This document shows positions 17,001 through 23,693 of a stretch of DNA of 32,353 nucleotides, piece after piece (position 1 is the first letter of the stretch; every line of letters begins with the position of its first letter). The stretch comes from Anaerolineae bacterium (GTDB lineage: Bacteria > Chloroflexota > Anaerolineae > B4-G1 > DUEL01). Below the pieces are notes generated by a model. The model was not told where the DNA came from. It did no database searches and saw only the letters and a program-made list of their open reading frames with translations. The position numbers and the translations under genes are program-made. The stretch covers positions 1-32,353 of the forward strand of contig JAOZPF010000004.1 in NCBI GenBank assembly GCA_029932895.1, written 5' to 3'.

Positions 17001-17421
17001 GCGCGGTATCCTCGAATCCCATGGCCTCGTCCTCGTCGTGGACGACGACCGGGACACGCTCTCTATGGTTCGCGAAGCACTGCGGCGACACGGCTTTCAC
17101 GTCCGCACCACCGCCCGGGGGCGTCGCGCCCTCCAGGTAGCCAGGGACCTGCGGCCCGCCCTGGTGCTGCTCGACCTAAAGTTGCGGGATGTAGACGGTT
17201 ACCACGTGTTGCGACAACTCAAATCCGACCCCCGCACGCGCGCTATACCCGTCGTCATTATGACGGGTAGCCTGACTGAGGAGGAGGTCAAGCAACAGCG
17301 AGCGTTGACGCTGGGTGCGGCCCGTTTTCTGACCAAACCGTTTGCAATAGAGGAGCTGGTTGACGAAATCTCGGCCGTCCTGCAGCATGCCGCCGAGAAG
17401 CAGGTCGCGCAACCCGCCTAG
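11041..17421 (+). CDS. Membrane-anchored multi-GAF / PAS hybrid sensor histidine kinase with two C-terminal receiver domains (2126 aa)
   Basis: Domains in order: N-terminal hydrophobic helices; 8 successive GAF-like modules, each ending in an AxxAAxAIxNAxLY-type helix; a PAS domain (VADGVVVADAKNQIVLFNAAAERIL). The kinase core follows: H-box SHELRTP (His1647, CAC 15979-15981), N-box NLVGNAIYYT, G-boxes DTGIGI and GTGLGL. Last come REC1 (Asp1927) and REC2 (Asp2045). Confidence 0.95.
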   Translation: MEMPNLERPKGIAAPLGGITLILVLGLGLNLVPVEWLGPFYLALPFAVVALTLLTERRATLVGAAIAVLALALRLLRPAPTPSMVSGIVAGLLCLAAALFLPPLGALRQVRRGVRRKTRGRRSYRDLAEAVLDEALRVTGAEMGEVLLRLSDEEQVQQITSRGLGGTSLASSASGHGDRVVTDLVLSEQRLCLFSPPPTTGAQTGAALPLRTQDQVLGLVCVGSHAKRTFNSRELARFYAVAEEGASALASVIPTSPGPAPTREMEELTTLDEIGHAITASLDLGTTLRTILVSTRKLIPFDLGEVTLWDSASHRLVSRGSLDADEYHAAVGDTYRLNEGYSGWLARNRRPLLITDIPNYREVRPKLDRPDSPLRSFLGLPLENRGEFIGTLELVSYQLDAFSEHDLDLLQTIGTYAAAAIEHAHLYEEARRRTLELDSLSRVSAAVSSTLDLDQVLQTIATSALEVVGCNRSAIFVLEEESDTLRLAASQGLSKTYVDKSQALPIEAGGRTHAVATRQPVLVEDITADPGLRRLAPLAEGEGVVAFADIPLRVGKQVIGMLSAFFTQPHRFTDVERGLLTSFADQAAIAIENARLYANTDRELRRQAEALSGLQVVAQEVSVTFDQEHILRIVLEEAMHLSRADHCAILLYDEPSDHWTMGFCAGYLEEEQAALRQRLSNLPDEDSFAEMCRTGKTLHLDDATEEGREVVGRSDVRSALLVPIRYGEQTAGAIVLGSRSVGCFDDVVRRFVETLAAQAAIAISNARRYQEQSDRNTLLRQRADQLSSVLEVSRAVRSDEPLEDVLEEIAYAIQESVGFDLVLVSMLEGDPPHLRRVAAAGVPLPVLEQMKQVLQPWKSLEVVIRDEFKISQSYYIPAEEQARWRDTLHTYEQENVETAREPGRWHPQDMLLTPLLGSGGEIQGILSVDEPRDGRVPGYPTIEALEVFAAQAAAYIENARLLKALQGQLDALSVFNEINRSVAAKLDLDEVLRTVVGSAARLIDCQGSVIFLEEERTGQYVARQTYGHDLAALKKSVFAPGEGLVGSVAESGMPISVRDVEEETGGEPDYVQEGAAILVPLSIGGRVVGVLTADRDYSEPFSPVDVATLTALADQVAVAVQNAQLFAETTRRSQELSTLLEAGSALSSTLDLNWVLQALGDRLLESAQADSCLISEWDRDENRVTVVWEMGDPSVRPLLGTTYLASQRPDVVEVLLVQEPMLLALDNPQISNAARAHLEQREAHTVLLLPMVARGQTVGLVELERRGERGPFAPGEVRLAEALASQAAAAMANARLYEEIRRFSAELEERVEKRTHELAQALQDLTVERDRMETLYRITAEVSASLDLDHVLNRTLELVVEATGAERGVTLLDDPETEQLFYRAGVGLPVHLPPGGRPSRFQHGDGLVGWVIEHNESVVIPDLREEPRWVPSEMEDPVHRACLAVPLSRAGEVQGALLLFSSTPGLFTEDHLRLTEAAATQIANAAGNAVLYNLIREQAERLGTMLKAQQVEAAKSQAILEGVADGVVVADAKNQIVLFNAAAERILEIPREQALGRTTREMIGLYGGEGRTWLEAIEDWTAHPTTDRTPEDFVTERLELDNQVVSVHAAPVIMGSEYLGTVSVFRDITAVVEADRAKSEFVSTVSHELRTPMTSIKGYADLLLMGAVGELGDQQLHFLSIIRNNADRLTALVNDLLDISRIETGRVELDLKAIHIHDTVNQVVNTLLGRAEGKGLTLTSDVAEDLPAVWGDSARLVQILTNLVGNAIYYTPPGGSVHVSARPVGDVLEISVTDTGIGIAKEDQAKIFGRFFRVDDPLVQETPGTGLGLPITASLIEMHGGKIWVESELGEGSVFTFTIPLARAVQATAQAREAGVQQLLVVEDDPDIANLIRAQLEEAGYRATAVGRGEDALQAARELLPALITLDIRLPDMDGFEVLKRLKHDPETADIPVVIVSVVEDKEKGFRLGALDYVGKPIDEESLLGAVRGILESHGLVLVVDDDRDTLSMVREALRRHGFHVRTTARGRRALQVARDLRPALVLLDLKLRDVDGYHVLRQLKSDPRTRAIPVVIMTGSLTEEEVKQQRALTLGAARFLTKPFAIEELVDEISAVLQHAAEKQVAQPA

Positions 17422-17432
17422 GAAGATGACCC

Positions 17433-17813
17433 ATGACCAAAATTCTTGTGGCTGAAGATGAAAAGGACATTCGCGAACTGATCGCTTTCACGCTCCGCTT
17501 TGCCGACCTCGAAGTCGTCCTGGCGACGAATGGCGAAGAATCCGTGCAGATGGCACGGGCGGAGCAACCGGATTTGATCCTGATGGATGTGCGGATGCCC
17601 AAGATGACGGGATACGAGGCCTGTCGCCGCTTGAAAGAGATTCCAGAGACGGCCGAGATTCCAGTTGTTTTTCTCTCGGCCAAGGGGCAGGATGCCGAGG
17701 TTCAACAGGGTCTGGATTCAGGTGCGACCGAGTACATACTCAAACCTTTTGCGCCCGACGAGTTGATCGTCCAGGTACGGAGGATTCTGGAAAAATCAGG
17801 GCGCGCCAAGTGA
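17433..17813 (+). CDS. Single-domain CheY-like response regulator
   Basis: VAEDE, DLILMDVRMPKMTG, VVFLSAKG and EYILKPF. Starts 11 nt after the kinase stop. Confidence 0.9.
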   Translation: MTKILVAEDEKDIRELIAFTLRFADLEVVLATNGEESVQMARAEQPDLILMDVRMPKMTGYEACRRLKEIPETAEIPVVFLSAKGQDAEVQQGLDSGATEYILKPFAPDELIVQVRRILEKSGRAK

Positions 17814-17835
17814 TAGAGGCGTCGGTGATCGGGCA

Positions 17836-18630
17836 ATGAGCGCGATAATCATTGAGAATGGGCTGACTCACTACGAGGCCATTGGCCGCGGTAGGCCGGT
17901 GATCCTGCTGCACGGGTGGTTGGGCTCTTGGCGGTACTGGGTACCGACTATGGACGACCTCTCGGATCGATTCCGCGCCTATGCTATGGATTTGTGGGGA
18001 TTTGGTGATTCGGACCGTCGCCGGGATAGTTATACTATCTCCTCCTACGTCCTCCTATTGCAGCGGTTTATGGACGAGATGGGGATCATCCGTGCCCCAT
18101 TGGTCGGGCACGCGCTGGGCGGGGTGGTCGCCCTCCACTTTGCCGCACAGATGCCGGAGCGGGTGGAGCAGGTGATGGCGGTCAGCACGCCGCTGGCGGG
18201 CACGGCAGTGATGCCTTCCCTCTCCAATTTTTCTGGCAACGGCGACGACGCGGTGACACGTGTGTTGGGCCGCCGGCAAGCCGCCACCTACCCCGAAGTG
18301 CAGTTGGAAGCCAGCAAGGCTGACGCCTCTGCTATTGTGAACAGCGTGCGGGCCGTGTTGCAGGACGACTTGCGCGCCCTCATCCCCGCTCTTGAGATCC
18401 CCGTCCTGCTGGTCCACGGTCAGCGCGACCCCGTCATCCAGCCACCCGACGAGGCCTGGCTGGAGGAAATGGCGGATAACGCACGGGCGATCTATCTGGA
18501 CGAGTCACGCCACTTTCCTATGCTCGACGAGACCCACAAGTTCAACAAGCTGTTGCGGCTGTTCTTGGAGGTCAAGGACGACCTGGACAGCCTGGAACTG
18601 AAGAAGGAGTGGCGGCGGCGAATGCGGTAG
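17836..18630 (+). CDS. Alpha/beta-hydrolase-fold protein, paralog of 6236-7021, with nucleophile Ser replaced by Ala (GHALGG)
   Basis: The N-terminal two-thirds is clearly alignable with the first operon gene by eye (HYEA-GRG-P--LLH-W-GSW-YW...WGFGDS). Codon 93 is GCG (18112-18114), giving Ala. Asp (GQRDPV) and His (SRHFPMLDE) are retained. Confidence 0.9.
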   Translation: MSAIIIENGLTHYEAIGRGRPVILLHGWLGSWRYWVPTMDDLSDRFRAYAMDLWGFGDSDRRRDSYTISSYVLLLQRFMDEMGIIRAPLVGHALGGVVALHFAAQMPERVEQVMAVSTPLAGTAVMPSLSNFSGNGDDAVTRVLGRRQAATYPEVQLEASKADASAIVNSVRAVLQDDLRALIPALEIPVLLVHGQRDPVIQPPDEAWLEEMADNARAIYLDESRHFPMLDETHKFNKLLRLFLEVKDDLDSLELKKEWRRRMR

Positions 18631-18683
18631 AGAGGCATCGTCGCTAGAGAACTCGGTCGTGCCCAAGCCCGCCCGCGGCGCGG

Positions 18684-20558
18684 TCAGGGTGCCCAGGAAA
18701 TGCGCTGGTGCTGCCAATCGGGCATATCCGTGCCTAGGTTGATGATCTCGTGCAAATCCTCCCCATCGGGGCGCATCAGGTAGATACCCCAGTCCCCATC
18801 CCGGTTGGAGAGGAACGCCAGATGGGAACCATCGGGTGCCCAGGCGGGGAGCGCCTCGACCGCCGGACCGTCGACCAGCGCCTGCACCCCGCCAGAGATG
18901 TCCAGCAAGTACAGGTCCCAACTGCCGGCCTGGTCCGACATGTAGGCCAGCGAGCTGCCATTGGGATGCCAGTGGAGGCCGGTATCATCGTTGCTGGCCG
19001 TGAGCCGGGCGGGAGGCTGGTCGTCGTCCGGGTTGTCGACAAAGATGCCGCAAGTGACCCCGTCGCCCTCGCAGCCGGTCCAGGCAAGGAGGCCAGAGGG
19101 ACCCCACGCCGGTCCCCTGCCTGGGGCGTGGAGCAGCGGCTCTTCACTTCCGTCCGTGCGGGCGATATAGATGTACCCATCCGCCGAGCCGTAGGCGTAG
19201 CGGCTGCCATCTGGCGAGAAGGTGGGCAGGGAGGCTCCCGGATCGATGCGCAAAGTGAGTGGCTGCCCGCCGGGCTGGACCATGGAGAGGCCGGAGGCGA
19301 GGTTGTTACGATAGATCAGCCAGTCGCTGCCCCACTGCCAACAGGGCTGGTCGCCCCCACCAGCCATCCGCACCAGTTCACCGCTGGCAAGGAGAGCGTT
19401 GATATCGTACAGGCCGGTGGCGCTGTTGTAGGCCGGGTAGGCCAGCCGGCCCACGGTAAAGCCCGGCACAACGACCGTGCCGGTGAGCGGTACTGTGCCG
19501 GTGAGGGGGGGGATCGGAGTCGGCGTCGCCGCCGCGCAGACCTCGGCTGCCTCCGCCCGCTTTGCGTCCACCGTGGGATCGTTCAGCAGCTCCAGCGCCC
19601 GCGCGTACTGGGCCGCGGCGGGACACATCTCGCCCTGTTCATACCACAGATCGCCATAGGCCACGCGGGCCTGATAGAGCTGAGTGGAGACGTCCTTATA
19701 GCCCGGCGCGAGCTCGTACAGCTCCTGGAACCACTGGATGCAGTGCTCCCAATCCACACCCCAATAGCCGCGAGCGGTCATATACCGCTGCGCCAGGGCC
19801 AGTTGTAGGAGCGTGTCCGAATCCAACGGGCGAATCTGACGCGCCTGGTCCAGGTAAAAGATACCTTCCTCAAACCGGTCGTCCTCCAGGTAGAGCATCC
19901 CCTGGTTGTAGAGGCTGGTAAAGAGCTTTTCCTCCACCTCGTCCGGCTCGTATTCGGGGTCAAAGACACGCAGTTGGCTCAAAAGCCGGGCGGCTGTCTC
20001 CCAGTCCTCCTGCTCGTAGGCGGCTATGCCCTCGGCGTACAACTCGCCAGCGATATCCTCCGCTGGCTGGGCGGTGGGGGTGGGACGGGTCGAGAGGCGC
20101 ACCTGGGCCTCGGCCAATCCCTGCCCCGCCAGCGGGTGGTTGGGGTTGAGTTCGAGGGCATAGTTGAACTCGGCGATAGCCAGTTCATACTCCCCAGCAT
20201 CCAGCCGGGCCAGCCCCTGCTGGTAGTGCTCGTCGGCGAGAGCGATCCGCCGCTCCAGACGCTGTTGTTCGCCGCTGCGGACCCCGGTGTAGCCAGCGAC
20301 CACGACGGCGGCAGCCAGCAGGCACACGAAAACCAGCAGCGCCAACAGGACAGTGCGCACGCGCTGCCATACGGTGGGGTGTGCGGGACGTCCTTGCTGA
20401 GGGACGGCAAGAGGCATGGTCTCCTCGAGAGCCGGGTTCCTCCTGGCGCGACGGCCCCACCGTCGTTTCAGAGGCTGGGTCTGTTCGATGTTGGCACCGC
20501 ATTGGGGGCAGAGGGAGAGCGGCTCTGGTACCTCATACCCGCACTCGGGACAGCGCAT
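18684..20558 (-). CDS. Zinc-ribbon / single-TM / TPR / TolB-like PD40 beta-propeller protein
   Basis: The N-terminus MRCPECGYEVPEPLSLCPQCG is a zinc ribbon. The TM helix is LLALLVFVCLLAAAVVVAGY. TPR-like repeats follow. The C-terminus has PD40 repeats (SPDGSRYAY, HPNGSSLAYMSDQAGSWDLYLL, APDGSHLAFLSNRDGDWGIYLM). Confidence 0.85.
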   Translation of the reverse strand: MRCPECGYEVPEPLSLCPQCGANIEQTQPLKRRWGRRARRNPALEETMPLAVPQQGRPAHPTVWQRVRTVLLALLVFVCLLAAAVVVAGYTGVRSGEQQRLERRIALADEHYQQGLARLDAGEYELAIAEFNYALELNPNHPLAGQGLAEAQVRLSTRPTPTAQPAEDIAGELYAEGIAAYEQEDWETAARLLSQLRVFDPEYEPDEVEEKLFTSLYNQGMLYLEDDRFEEGIFYLDQARQIRPLDSDTLLQLALAQRYMTARGYWGVDWEHCIQWFQELYELAPGYKDVSTQLYQARVAYGDLWYEQGEMCPAAAQYARALELLNDPTVDAKRAEAAEVCAAATPTPIPPLTGTVPLTGTVVVPGFTVGRLAYPAYNSATGLYDINALLASGELVRMAGGGDQPCWQWGSDWLIYRNNLASGLSMVQPGGQPLTLRIDPGASLPTFSPDGSRYAYGSADGYIYIARTDGSEEPLLHAPGRGPAWGPSGLLAWTGCEGDGVTCGIFVDNPDDDQPPARLTASNDDTGLHWHPNGSSLAYMSDQAGSWDLYLLDISGGVQALVDGPAVEALPAWAPDGSHLAFLSNRDGDWGIYLMRPDGEDLHEIINLGTDMPDWQHQRISWAP

Positions 20559-20666
20559 AGTCTCTCCGTTTGTTCGTCGTCACGTCCCCGGGAGGAAAGC
20601 AGCCCGCGTTGAAACCTATCGTCGCGGCGGCCTGACCATCCTCCGCCTGGCGTCCAGACTGCGGCG

Positions 20667-20695
20667 ATTATAGCCTGTTTTGGCTCACTTGTCCA
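20667..20695 (-). promoter_or_regulatory. Sigma70-type promoter TGGACA-N17-TATAAT on the minus strand
   Basis: The reverse complement of 20690-20695 is TGGACA and of 20667-20672 is TATAAT, with a 17-nt spacer. This predicts a 5' UTR of about 100 nt before ATG 20558. Confidence 0.55.
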
Positions 20696-20846
20696 GCAGG
20701 AATGCGCCTCGCTTGAGGGCGCGGGTTCGGGAATGAGGTAACACAAGCCGGCGACTTGCACCACCACCGACGGTGATCGCAGGAACAGACCCGCGCATCC
20801 GCCCACGGGGAGAATTTACGAGGCTGGCGTTTCGTGACGAATGGGG

Positions 20847-20852
20847 TATAAT
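20847..20852 (+). promoter_or_regulatory. Candidate -10 box (TATAAT) for the MBL-fold/TPR operon
   Basis: A perfect TATAAT lies 32 nt upstream of ATG 20885, followed by GAAGGAG. No clear -35 element. Confidence 0.4.
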
Positions 20853-20884
20853 CCACACCAAGCATCAGAAGGAGTTCATCGTCT

Positions 20885-21529
20885 ATGGAGATCGTCTGGC
20901 ACGGGTTGAATTGCTTCCGGCTGACGGAGCGCGGGATGGCCTCCGTCGTCACCGATCCCTACGACGCCAGCGTGGGCCTGACCCTGCCCCGTCCGCGGGC
21001 GGACATTGTCACCATCAGCCACGACGACCCAGCGTGCAACTTTGCGCGCGGCGCGCGGGGTCCCCACCGCGTGTTGAACACACCCGGCGAATACGAGATC
21101 GGCTCGGTCTTTATCACCGGTATCGCCACCTACGCCGACAAGAAAAAGGGCCGGGTGCGCGGGCTGAACACGATCTTTCATTTTGACTATAACGGCCTGA
21201 CCGTCTGCCACCTGGGACGCCTGGGCCATGTGCCGACGCAGAGCCAGATCGAGGCGCTGGGAGCGGTGGACGTCCTACTCGCTCCGGTGAGCGGTGATGG
21301 GGGATTGAGGCCAGCCGAGGCGTCGGAGGTGATCAGTCTCCTGGAACCGTCCATCGTAATCCCCATGTGGTTCAAGATCCCCGGCGCAAAACTCTCGCTG
21401 GGGACGCTAGGCCGCTTCCTCAAACAGATGGGGGTTGAGAAGCCAACACCCCAGGAAAGCCTCAAGGTCAACCGCAGCAATCTCCCCGGTGAGACCGCGA
21501 TCGTGGTCTTGCAACCCAGGTTAGAGTAG
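20885..21529 (+). CDS. MBL-fold metallo-hydrolase-like protein (UPF0173-like)
   Basis: MEIVWHGLNCFRLTE...VVTDPYD...DIVTISHDDPACNF...ICHLGRLGH matches the pattern of short MBL-fold proteins. Confidence 0.7.
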   Translation: MEIVWHGLNCFRLTERGMASVVTDPYDASVGLTLPRPRADIVTISHDDPACNFARGARGPHRVLNTPGEYEIGSVFITGIATYADKKKGRVRGLNTIFHFDYNGLTVCHLGRLGHVPTQSQIEALGAVDVLLAPVSGDGGLRPAEASEVISLLEPSIVIPMWFKIPGAKLSLGTLGRFLKQMGVEKPTPQESLKVNRSNLPGETAIVVLQPRLE

Positions 21530-21539
21530 GGAGGACGCG

Positions 21540-22649
21540 ATGACGCGCAAGTCACTTTGGATCGGATTCGTCTTGATTCTGGCCATGGCGGCCTGCACTT
21601 CTCAGTCGGCTGCCGATCTACTGAATAGCAGCAAAAGGGACATCGAGGCCAGCGAGTGCGCTGGAGTGGACCACTACCAGGAGGCGATCACCAAACTGCA
21701 ATCGGCACTGGCAGCAGATGCGAACGAGTTGGAGTCGTACTACTGGCTCTACCTGGCCTACAGCCGTTTGGGCGACGAGGCAGAAGCCACCAGCACACTG
21801 GCCGAGTTGGAAGGAGCTGTCGCCGACGGACGCGGCGGTCCGGCTGGGCAGTTCTGGCTGTTCAAGACCTACAAGGAGGCGGGGGACGAGCCATCAGCCT
21901 CCGCCACAGCGGCGGCGCTGGAGGCAGCCTCGCGCGCAGCTCCCGGCGACAGCGATGCTCATTTCTGGCTGGGGCGGGCCTACTACGAGATGGACCAGCC
22001 TGACCAGGCGCTCCAGGCGTTCCAGAGCGCGGTGACGGTGAACCCGGAACACAAGCTGGCTCATTTCTGGTTAGGCCAGATGTACACCGAGCGCGGGCAG
22101 CTCGACCAAGCTATCCAAGAGTTCAACACCGTCCTGCACCTGGACGCGGAGAGTGCAGCCGCCTACCACAACCGCGGAGTCGTCGCCTATCAACTGGGCG
22201 ACCTGAGCCAGGCGGAATCGGATTTCCAGGCCGCTATAGAGCGCGACGCGAATGACCCTCGCTCTCACTACCAACTGGGCGCAACATGGCTGGCCCAATC
22301 GTTGCCCGAGAGCCCCACCGACCTTCCCGACCAGGCGTTGCTAGAGCAGGCCCAGGGAGAGTTCGAGCAGGCATTGGAGCTCTGTCCCGACATGCTGGAG
22401 CCCCTGATCGGGATGGGAAACCTGCGTTTCCTCCAGGGTGACGCCGACTCCGCCCTCTCCTACCTCAACCAGGCGTTGGAGCAGAAGCCCGACTCACTGG
22501 AAGCGCAGTTCGCGCTGGGGCAGGTCTATGCCTCCCTGGGGCGGATGACAGAGGCCTGTGACGCCTTTGCTCACTTCCTCGACCTGTCCCCCCAGCCTGA
22601 ATGGGCGGAGCAGGCGGAGCAGATACGCTCGCAACTAGGGTGTCCCTAG
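21540..22649 (+). CDS. TPR-repeat lipoprotein
   Basis: Signal peptide with lipobox-like ILAMAAC. Repeated TPR signatures (HFWLGRAYYEMDQPDQALQAFQSAV, AHFWLGQMYTERGQLDQAIQEF, AYHNRGVVAYQLGDLSQAESDF). GGGAGG lies 6 nt upstream. Confidence 0.85.
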   Translation: MTRKSLWIGFVLILAMAACTSQSAADLLNSSKRDIEASECAGVDHYQEAITKLQSALAADANELESYYWLYLAYSRLGDEAEATSTLAELEGAVADGRGGPAGQFWLFKTYKEAGDEPSASATAAALEAASRAAPGDSDAHFWLGRAYYEMDQPDQALQAFQSAVTVNPEHKLAHFWLGQMYTERGQLDQAIQEFNTVLHLDAESAAAYHNRGVVAYQLGDLSQAESDFQAAIERDANDPRSHYQLGATWLAQSLPESPTDLPDQALLEQAQGEFEQALELCPDMLEPLIGMGNLRFLQGDADSALSYLNQALEQKPDSLEAQFALGQVYASLGRMTEACDAFAHFLDLSPQPEWAEQAEQIRSQLGCP

Positions 22650-22684
22650 CCCCAAGTTTCTCTACCAACAAAAGAGAGGTGATT

Positions 22685-23653
22685 ATGCCCGCAAGAGAGA
22701 TGAAGCACATCCTTGTCACTGGCGCTTGCGGTCAGATCGGTTCTGAGCTGACCCTGGCGCTCCGAGAGCGGTATGGGGGCGAGAACGTCGTCGCCACCGG
22801 CCACAGAACTCGGCCCAGCGCGGTGTTACGGGATTCAGGGCCGTTCGAATTCATCGACGTCACCAAGCGCGAGACGGTCGAGGCGGTGGTGGACAAGTAC
22901 AACATCGACACGGTCTATCACATGGCCGCCATTCTCTCCGCCGTCGGCGAGGAAAAGCCCCAACTGGCGTGGAACGTCAACATCAATGGCCTCTACAACG
23001 TGCTCGAAATAGCCCGCGAGCGGGACATGGTGCGGGTCTTTTGCCCCAGCTCCATCGCCGCTTTCGGCCCCGAGACCCCGCAGGAAAATACCCCTCAGGA
23101 GACAATCCTGCGCCCCAAGACGATGTACGGCGTCACCAAGGTGGCTGGGGAACTGCTGTGCGACTATTACTTTGCGCGCTTTGGCCTGGACGTGCGGGGA
23201 GTCCGCTATCCGGGCATCATCAGCAGCGAGACCCTGCCCGGCGGCGGCACAACCGACTATGCGGTGGAGATCTTTTACGAGGCGCTCAAGCACAAGCGGT
23301 ACACCTGTTTCCTGAGAGATGACACTGTCCTGCCGATGATGTACATGCCTGATTGCATTCGGGCGACGATCATGCTGATGGAAGCAGACCCCGCCGGGTT
23401 AAAGCACCACGCCGATTTCAACCTGGCGGCCTTCAGTTTTGCCCCTGCCGACCTGGTCGCCGAGATCAAGAAACACATCCCCGAGTTCACCTGCACCTAC
23501 GAACCGGACTTCCGGCAGGCTATCGCCGATTCCTGGCCGCATACCATCGACGATAGCACCGCACGGGAGGAGTGGGGTTGGGAACCGGAATATGACCTGG
23601 CAGCGATGACGGAGGACATGCTGGAGAAGCTGAGAGATAAGGTCAAGGTCTGA
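22685..23653 (+). CDS. tdh: L-threonine 3-dehydrogenase, extended-SDR (epimerase-like) type
   Basis: ILVTGACGQIGSEL Rossmann motif, YGVTKVAGE catalytic YxxxK, and pairing with kbl downstream. The start is ATG 22685 after GAGAGGTGA (alternative ATG 22700). The track start at 22601 overlaps the TPR gene. Confidence 0.8.
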   Translation: MPAREMKHILVTGACGQIGSELTLALRERYGGENVVATGHRTRPSAVLRDSGPFEFIDVTKRETVEAVVDKYNIDTVYHMAAILSAVGEEKPQLAWNVNINGLYNVLEIARERDMVRVFCPSSIAAFGPETPQENTPQETILRPKTMYGVTKVAGELLCDYYFARFGLDVRGVRYPGIISSETLPGGGTTDYAVEIFYEALKHKRYTCFLRDDTVLPMMYMPDCIRATIMLMEADPAGLKHHADFNLAAFSFAPADLVAEIKKHIPEFTCTYEPDFRQAIADSWPHTIDDSTAREEWGWEPEYDLAAMTEDMLEKLRDKVKV

Positions 23654-23689
23654 GGTTCAAAGTCCGAGGTCCGAAGTCGGAGGTCTGAG
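23648..23689. repeat. Tandem heptanucleotide array GTYNRAR x6
   Basis: GTCTGAG GTTCAAA GTCCGAG GTCCGAA GTCGGAG GTCTGAG. It overlaps the tdh stop codon. Confidence 0.7.
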
Positions 23690-23693
23690 CCCA

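Noticed and set aside
18750-19808. 352-aa plus-strand ORF
   Set aside because: It is antisense to the PD40/TPR protein, whose repeats are clear, and has no motifs of its own.
22601-22684. N-terminal extensions proposed by the ORF track (22601 for tdh; likewise 2556, 1580, 4680, 10092, 26305, 28636, 29511)
   Set aside because: Each extension overlaps the upstream gene or lacks an SD sequence. In contrast, an internal ATG sits at proper distance from a GGAGG-like SD and at the normal family N-terminus.
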